NCBI GenBank assembly: GCA_037479045.1
Contig: JBBFLL010000008.1
Location: 1,944-65,943, forward strand
Source: Brevinematales bacterium
GTDB taxonomy: Bacteria > Spirochaetota > Brevinematia > Brevinematales > JAOACQ01
Direction of reading: 5' to 3'
DNA: 64,000 nt
Part shown: piece by piece, positions 59,249 through 64,000 of the stretch
Position numbering within the stretch: the stretch's first letter is position 1
Layout: each line of letters opens with the position of its first letter
Program-made: the position numbers and the translations under genes
Notes under the pieces: generated by a model
Databases searched by the model: none
What the model was told of the DNA's origin: nothing
What the model saw: the letters and a program-made list of their open reading frames with translations, nothing else

Positions 59249-60214
59249 TTAAACAGTTCTTTCGTCTCTGTCTTTAAAGAAAAACCTGTGTATGAAAGAC
59301 ATAACAAGTATTATAAGACAGAGAAGATATGAGGTTGCCGAAGCCATACCAAACTGCCCCCATTTGAATGCAAAAGCATAGGTATAAACAGCAGTTGTTA
59401 AAGCATAGTATAGGTTTCCTGGCATACCATCAACACCGATCATAACATTAGCTTCATCAAAAGATTGCATTCCACCAATGATAGTCATAGCAGTTGTAAA
59501 ATACATAACAGGAACAAGCAAAGGAATAGTTATCTTAAAGAATATCTGTCCCCAGCTTGCACCATCTATTCTTGCAGCTTCATAGAGATTTTCAGGTATA
59601 GCCTGTAGTCCAGCTAAGTAGAGTAGAGCATTCCAACCTGTCCATTTCCAGAAGGCTATTAACGAAAGAGAAACCCAGGTCATAGCTTCTTTTAACCATT
59701 CAACAGGCAGCTTTATTGGCAAAATGTTGGGTATAATGCCTATCGCTTCAAGATAGTGAAGACCATAGTTTAAAAATCCATATCTGACTCCATATAGAAC
59801 ACCAAAAAGAATAGTTATAGCTACAGGCGAAGTTATGTATGGAACAAAAAGAACTCCCTTAAAGAAATCTTTAAACTTCACAAGACCAAGATTAAGAATA
59901 TAAGCAAAAAATAGTCCTAAAATATGCTGAGGAGCCCCACCTATAACCATCATTATTATAGTATTACCAACAGATCTCCAGAACTTCCAGTCTTTAAAGA
60001 TCAATGTATAGTAATTCTGAAAACCAACCCATCTCATCTCCCTTATACCATTCCAATCATGCAAGCTCAACCAGAAAGAATAAAATATTGGGAAAGTTGA
60101 AAAAACGATGAACAGAATGAAAAATGGTGCTGTAAAAACATAAGGAGCTGCTTTTCTCTTAAATGCCAGCCATCCGCCCCCCGGATGTTTGACAACATTA
60201 GTTTTGGTAGCCAT
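59249..60214 (-). CDS. carbohydrate ABC transporter permease (CUT1, MalF-like)
   Basis: 6 TM helices, EAA loop EAARIDGASWGQIFFKITIPL. Confidence 0.9.
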   Translation of the reverse strand: MATKTNVVKHPGGGWLAFKRKAAPYVFTAPFFILFIVFSTFPIFYSFWLSLHDWNGIREMRWVGFQNYYTLIFKDWKFWRSVGNTIIMMVIGGAPQHILGLFFAYILNLGLVKFKDFFKGVLFVPYITSPVAITILFGVLYGVRYGFLNYGLHYLEAIGIIPNILPIKLPVEWLKEAMTWVSLSLIAFWKWTGWNALLYLAGLQAIPENLYEAARIDGASWGQIFFKITIPLLVPVMYFTTAMTIIGGMQSFDEANVMIGVDGMPGNLYYALTTAVYTYAFAFKWGQFGMASATSYLLCLIILVMSFIHRFFFKDRDERTV

Positions 60215-60337
60215 GACCTAACCTCCAACTTAACAAAAAATAGTTATAAAAACGGATTTTGAAAAGTTAACGTTAAATATTTTATCATATTTAATAAAAA
60301 AATTCTACTAAATTTTTATTTATTTCAAAAAAATAAT

Positions 60338-60380
60338 TAAAAAAATAAAGCTGTTTGTGGAAAAACCCACAAACAGCTTT
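60338..60380 (-). terminator. intra-operon hairpin terminator/attenuator after the binding-protein gene
   Basis: 14-bp stem AAAGCTGTTTGTGG / CCACAAACAGCTTT with a 6-nt loop, followed on the minus strand by ATTTTTTT. Confidence 0.55.
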
Positions 60381-60403
60381 TTAAATTAAATCTTAAACTG
60401 ATA

Positions 60404-61693
60404 TTATTCCATTTTGCTTTCAAGTTCTTTCTGAGCATCAGCTAAAGCTGTGTCAACATCTTTCTTTCCTTCAAGAACTTCAGAAAGAGCCTGTGAAAGA
60501 ATTGAGTTAGCTATAGAATCCTTCTCGTTTACATAAACTTCTGGAATTTCCATAGCAATCTGTCTCCAGAGAAGTCTTGCTTTCTGTCCACCAATGTAAT
60601 CAATTCCTTCTTCAAAAACCTTATCTTTCCATGCTGGAATATAAGCTGGGAACGCATCTGCTTTGTCATATGCAATAAGCTGTGCATTAACATCTGTGCA
60701 GAGGTATTTAATAACTTCCCAACCAGCAGCCTTGTTAACATCTGGAATCTTCTTTGGAATAGCAAGGAATGATCCACCCTGGCTCATCTTCATAGGACTC
60801 TTATCTCTCTTTGAAAGTTTAGGAAGTTCTGCTACTCTATATTTTCCTTTTGCATCTGGAGCAATCCAGTTCTTTAAGTGTCCACCAAGCCATGCACCTG
60901 ATGGTGTGTATGAGATTGTTCCTTCTTTTAAAGCAGCATACCATTCATTTGACCAGTCTCCAATCTTTGCATCATATCCTGCATCTCTGAACTTCTTTGC
61001 CCAGCTAACTGCAAGTTTGATTCTTGGAGCTGTTAAAGCTGGTTTTCCATTCTTGTCAAAGAATCTTTGTGGTGATGAGAAGAAGATCATATTGAAGATA
61101 TAGTTTGCACCACCAAGTAACCAGTGGTCAACTTTTCCATCGCCATCAGCGTCGAAGGTAAGGGTTTTACCAGCTTTGAAGAGATCTTCAATATCAACGA
61201 TTTTGTTGATATCAACTTTTCTCTTATCAAAGACGTCTTTTCTATACCATACGCAACCAGGAGCGATATCAACTGGCATAGCAAAGAGATTCTTTGGTCC
61301 TAAAGAAGCCTGTGCCCATTTGTAAGGAGTAAAATCTTTTTTGAATTGACCAGCATTGTAAGGTTCATCCATAAGATTTTCAAAACCACCACCAGCACCG
61401 AGCTGAGCAACATAACCGATTTCAACAACTGCGATATCTGGTAAACCTTTACCAGCAGCGAGTGCTGTAACAAGCATGTTGTGGTGATCACCATAACCGA
61501 GAGCCCTTACTTCAACTTTGATGTTAGGATACTTCTTGTAAAACTCTGGAAGAGCTGCATTATAAGCAGCATCAAGACTTGGGAAAACGGCAAGAATCAA
61601 GTTAACCTTTTCGCCGTTATAAGGTTTAACGGCAGAGAAACCAAAGCTCATAGCAAGAGCAATGGTAACTAACACTAACACTACTCTCTTCAT
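60404..61693 (-). CDS. extracellular solute-binding protein (carbohydrate, family 1)
   Basis: Signal peptide, 429 aa, first gene of the SBP-permease-permease unit. Confidence 0.9.
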   Translation of the reverse strand: MKRVVLVLVTIALAMSFGFSAVKPYNGEKVNLILAVFPSLDAAYNAALPEFYKKYPNIKVEVRALGYGDHHNMLVTALAAGKGLPDIAVVEIGYVAQLGAGGGFENLMDEPYNAGQFKKDFTPYKWAQASLGPKNLFAMPVDIAPGCVWYRKDVFDKRKVDINKIVDIEDLFKAGKTLTFDADGDGKVDHWLLGGANYIFNMIFFSSPQRFFDKNGKPALTAPRIKLAVSWAKKFRDAGYDAKIGDWSNEWYAALKEGTISYTPSGAWLGGHLKNWIAPDAKGKYRVAELPKLSKRDKSPMKMSQGGSFLAIPKKIPDVNKAAGWEVIKYLCTDVNAQLIAYDKADAFPAYIPAWKDKVFEEGIDYIGGQKARLLWRQIAMEIPEVYVNEKDSIANSILSQALSEVLEGKKDVDTALADAQKELESKME

Positions 61694-61806
61694 AACTCCT
61701 CTCCTTTTTATTTATTTAACGGACTTTTTTAATGAATGAAATTCTCTTACGAAGCTTTTACCCTTACCTCATAGGGATAAAAACCTCAAAACCCACCTCT
61801 CACTTA

Positions 61807-61835
61807 ATTTTAATACGAACAAACTTTTTTGTCAA
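61807..61835 (-). promoter_or_regulatory. sigma70-type promoter for the sugar ABC operon
   Basis: The minus strand reads TTGACA, 17 nt, TAAAAT. This leaves a 5' UTR of roughly 100 nt. Confidence 0.5.
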
Positions 61836-61939
61836 TAGATTTTTTTAAAAAATAAAAAAAATGTTTTAACCCAAAAATAAAAATTGACTTAACATTAATA
61901 CATTATTATATTATAATATATTCAATCAAGGAGTATTCA

Positions 61940-62116
61940 ATGATAATCATAAGAAGTGAATTATGCCCAAAGAATCATCCCTGTCCTGTTGTGAGGCTTT
62001 GCCCAGTGGAGGCAATAAAGCAGGATAGTTTTTATGAAGCACCTTACATTGATAAAGAAAAGTGTATAGATTGTGGTAAATGTGCAAGAGCTTGTAGAGT
62101 TTTTCAAAAAGTTTAA
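61940..62116 (+). CDS. small 4Fe-4S ferredoxin-like protein (58 aa, absent from the ORF track)
   Basis: RBS AAGGAG precedes the ATG. Translation is MIIIRSELCPKNHPCPVVRLCPVEAIKQDSFYEAPYIDKEKCIDCGKCARACRVFQKV, with CIDCGKCARAC plus CP motifs. Confidence 0.55.
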   Translation: MIIIRSELCPKNHPCPVVRLCPVEAIKQDSFYEAPYIDKEKCIDCGKCARACRVFQKV

Positions 62117-63649
62117 CTATTTTTTTTCTTTTTTTATTATTTGAAGTCTACATTTATCCATACAGTTTAAAATTTCTTTCATCATAGTGTGATACTTTGA
62201 CTGGAGTAATTTTGAACCAAAAAGTCTATCAAGGAAGATTTTAAACTTTGTGAATGTTCCATAAATTCTGATTTCATTATACTCTGTTTTTGAGGGGAAA
62301 TAGAGGCTTCTTATATCTTCCACTATGCTTTTTGCCTTTTCAATTTCTATTCCTTCACTATTTATTTTGTTATAATCTATAATGCTTTGGATTCTATCAT
62401 AGAGCCAGTAAACTCCTTTTATAACCATTTCATCATTGTTATTGAAGTCTATGAAGTCTTTTGGAGAGAATTTTCCTGTCAATGTATGTCTTAATGGGTC
62501 AATATTTCTTTTGTTTTGTGGTATGTCAAATTGATCAAAGCCCTGTTTTAAACTAAGGAGTTTTCCATTAACATCAAACTCTGGTTCAAGATCTTCCCTT
62601 AAGCTGGTATTAAAATTTTTAAGCAATTTTAAAAGTTCAATAAAGTTATCACTATCTACAAAGATTCTTTCTTTTTTTATTATTTCTTCTCTGTCTTTTT
62701 TGTTTATGTTTTTTGTTTCAAATGCTATATTTATTTCTTTATTTTCTTCTATTTCAGGAATGAAAAAGTCTAAAATTTTTTCAATTATATTCTTTTTATA
62801 TTTGTTCTGATCCGTAAATATAACCTTATCGCCAATGATTTCAATCTTATAATTTATTGATGAAATTAAAGGTTGTAAGATATCAATAACTATAGCTTTT
62901 AAAGCACTGCTTATAATGATTCTCAATTCTTCAATAATGTTTAAGATTGATTTTCCGTCTTCTGTGGCAAGTGTTGCAAAGCCTTTCTCTATCAATTCTT
63001 TTGAAAAATTTGACACAAAAATATTAAGACCACTTACAAATTCAAGAATATGTCCACTTCTCAAGAAAGGAAGTTTTTCTTTTTTTGATAGTTCATACAA
63101 CTCTGATATAAAATTAGATATATTGATTATCTTCTCAATATCTTCTTTGTAATTGGATAAAAAAATGATTTTTTCTGGAATTTTACCATCTGGAAGTAAT
63201 GAAGTTGAAATATAGTATTCAAGAATATTCTTTAAAATTTGAAAATTAAACTGAATTGGGACTATAGGCTTACCAAAAAAGTTATTAAAATAATTTCCAC
63301 TTTTGAGATCAGTAATTTTTAAAAAATATCCTATAAACAGGTTTTTTTCAAGACCACTTCCACCTATTGCCATAGAAAAATTTGCTGGATTAAAACTTTC
63401 TTTATTAAATAAGTCGGGATATTTTTGTGGATGTTTTTTATAGTCTTTTTCAAAAAAAATTCTTCTCAGTTTAAAAAATTTTTTATCCTTATATTTTGAA
63501 TGAAAGTAGAATTCTTTTTTTATTTTGTTTATCCAGTTCCATGCTTCTTCGCACAAAATTAAAGAATTATCAATATTGAAGTAATTATATTTTTCCTTCA
63601 GTAGTCTTTCAGAAAGCTGGATAAAAATAGGTAATTTTGATTCTTCCAT
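62117..63649 (-). CDS. hypothetical protein (510 aa)
   Basis: Long ORF with no signal peptide or TM helix. No motif recognised. Confidence 0.4.
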   Translation of the reverse strand: MEESKLPIFIQLSERLLKEKYNYFNIDNSLILCEEAWNWINKIKKEFYFHSKYKDKKFFKLRRIFFEKDYKKHPQKYPDLFNKESFNPANFSMAIGGSGLEKNLFIGYFLKITDLKSGNYFNNFFGKPIVPIQFNFQILKNILEYYISTSLLPDGKIPEKIIFLSNYKEDIEKIINISNFISELYELSKKEKLPFLRSGHILEFVSGLNIFVSNFSKELIEKGFATLATEDGKSILNIIEELRIIISSALKAIVIDILQPLISSINYKIEIIGDKVIFTDQNKYKKNIIEKILDFFIPEIEENKEINIAFETKNINKKDREEIIKKERIFVDSDNFIELLKLLKNFNTSLREDLEPEFDVNGKLLSLKQGFDQFDIPQNKRNIDPLRHTLTGKFSPKDFIDFNNNDEMVIKGVYWLYDRIQSIIDYNKINSEGIEIEKAKSIVEDIRSLYFPSKTEYNEIRIYGTFTKFKIFLDRLFGSKLLQSKYHTMMKEILNCMDKCRLQIIKKEKK

Positions 63650-63653
63650 AAAA

Positions 63654-64000
63654 CTATTTTATATATTCCTTTATCATTTTATATAATCTATCTTCTTCTT
63701 TAGCAAGAGAATCAGCTATTGCTCCAGCCCTGTCATATAAGGCTTTTCTCTCATATTTTTCTCTATAGTTTGTTATATTTGAAGAAATTTCTTTGAACTC
63801 ATTGGCAAGAACCTTCCAGTTTTCTATACATAAATCCAATTGTTTTATGATATTTTCTAATTTTTTGTCCTTTAATTTGCTATTCATAAAAACAAGATAA
63901 TCCTTAAATATTTCTCTATTTGCTGCTCCTTTGGTTTCAAGTTTTTCAATGTAATGATAAAAACTATAGAAGACACCCGGCAAAAATATTTCCATTTGAA
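63654..64000 (-). CDS. hypothetical protein, possibly continuing beyond the window
   Basis: Helical ORF. The frame stays open past the listed Met at 63995 to the window edge. 4-nt gap to the 510-aa gene. Confidence 0.35.
   Translation of the reverse strand, partial: QMEIFLPGVFYSFYHYIEKLETKGAANREIFKDYLVFMNSKLKDKKLENIIKQLDLCIENWKVLANEFKEISSNITNYREKYERKALYDRAGAIADSLAKEEDRLYKMIKEYIK

Overview
AT-rich bacterial chromosomal window with about 75 genes. All calls rest on motif reading of the supplied translations and the DNA; no database search was possible and the organism cannot be assigned.

Layout:
- 1-29.7 kb, housekeeping and envelope genes: Asp23/accC/accB/efp/Xaa-Pro peptidase string, tRNA-Lys + dus + MATE, xseA, rpmE, purM, secA, a TolC-MacA-MacB efflux set, rnhC, Fe-ADH, larC, and a speA / carboxynorspermidine dehydrogenase / decarboxylase polyamine cluster.
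- 29.8-44.6 kb, a complete type III-B (Cmr) CRISPR-Cas island on the minus strand: cas6, cmr1, cas10/cmr2, cmr3, cmr4, cmr5, cmr6, a 131-aa Csx20-like gene, an IS200-like Y1 HUH (RAYT-like) gene, csx1 (CARF-HEPN, DxTHG), cas1, two tandem cas2, a leader, and a 27-repeat array.
- 44.8-64 kb: valS, dcd, an HD-GYP protein, an orphan FecCD permease, arsC, tatD, MFS, a DUF362 Fe-S protein, a GH1 beta-glucosidase, a GH5 glycosidase, a CUT1-type sugar ABC system, and unknown proteins.

Most interesting observations:
1. An intact HUH/Tyr transposase-like gene is translationally coupled on both sides inside the Cmr operon, between a Csx20-like gene and csx1.
2. That gene carries a 50-nt perfect palindrome in frame. 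A sibling 52-nt palindrome with mirrored arm changes sits in the cmr1-cas10 spacer.
3. cmr1 is broken by a 65-nt insertion bounded by a 30-nt direct repeat.
4. There are tandem cas2 paralogs, a Cmr6 with a 124-aa C-terminal extension, and two spacers that overlap by exactly 20 nt on one protospacer contig.
5. The BCCP homolog next to accC lacks the biotinyl-lysine motif.

Several near-consensus TTGACA-17-TAAAAT promoters allow start codons to be corrected.
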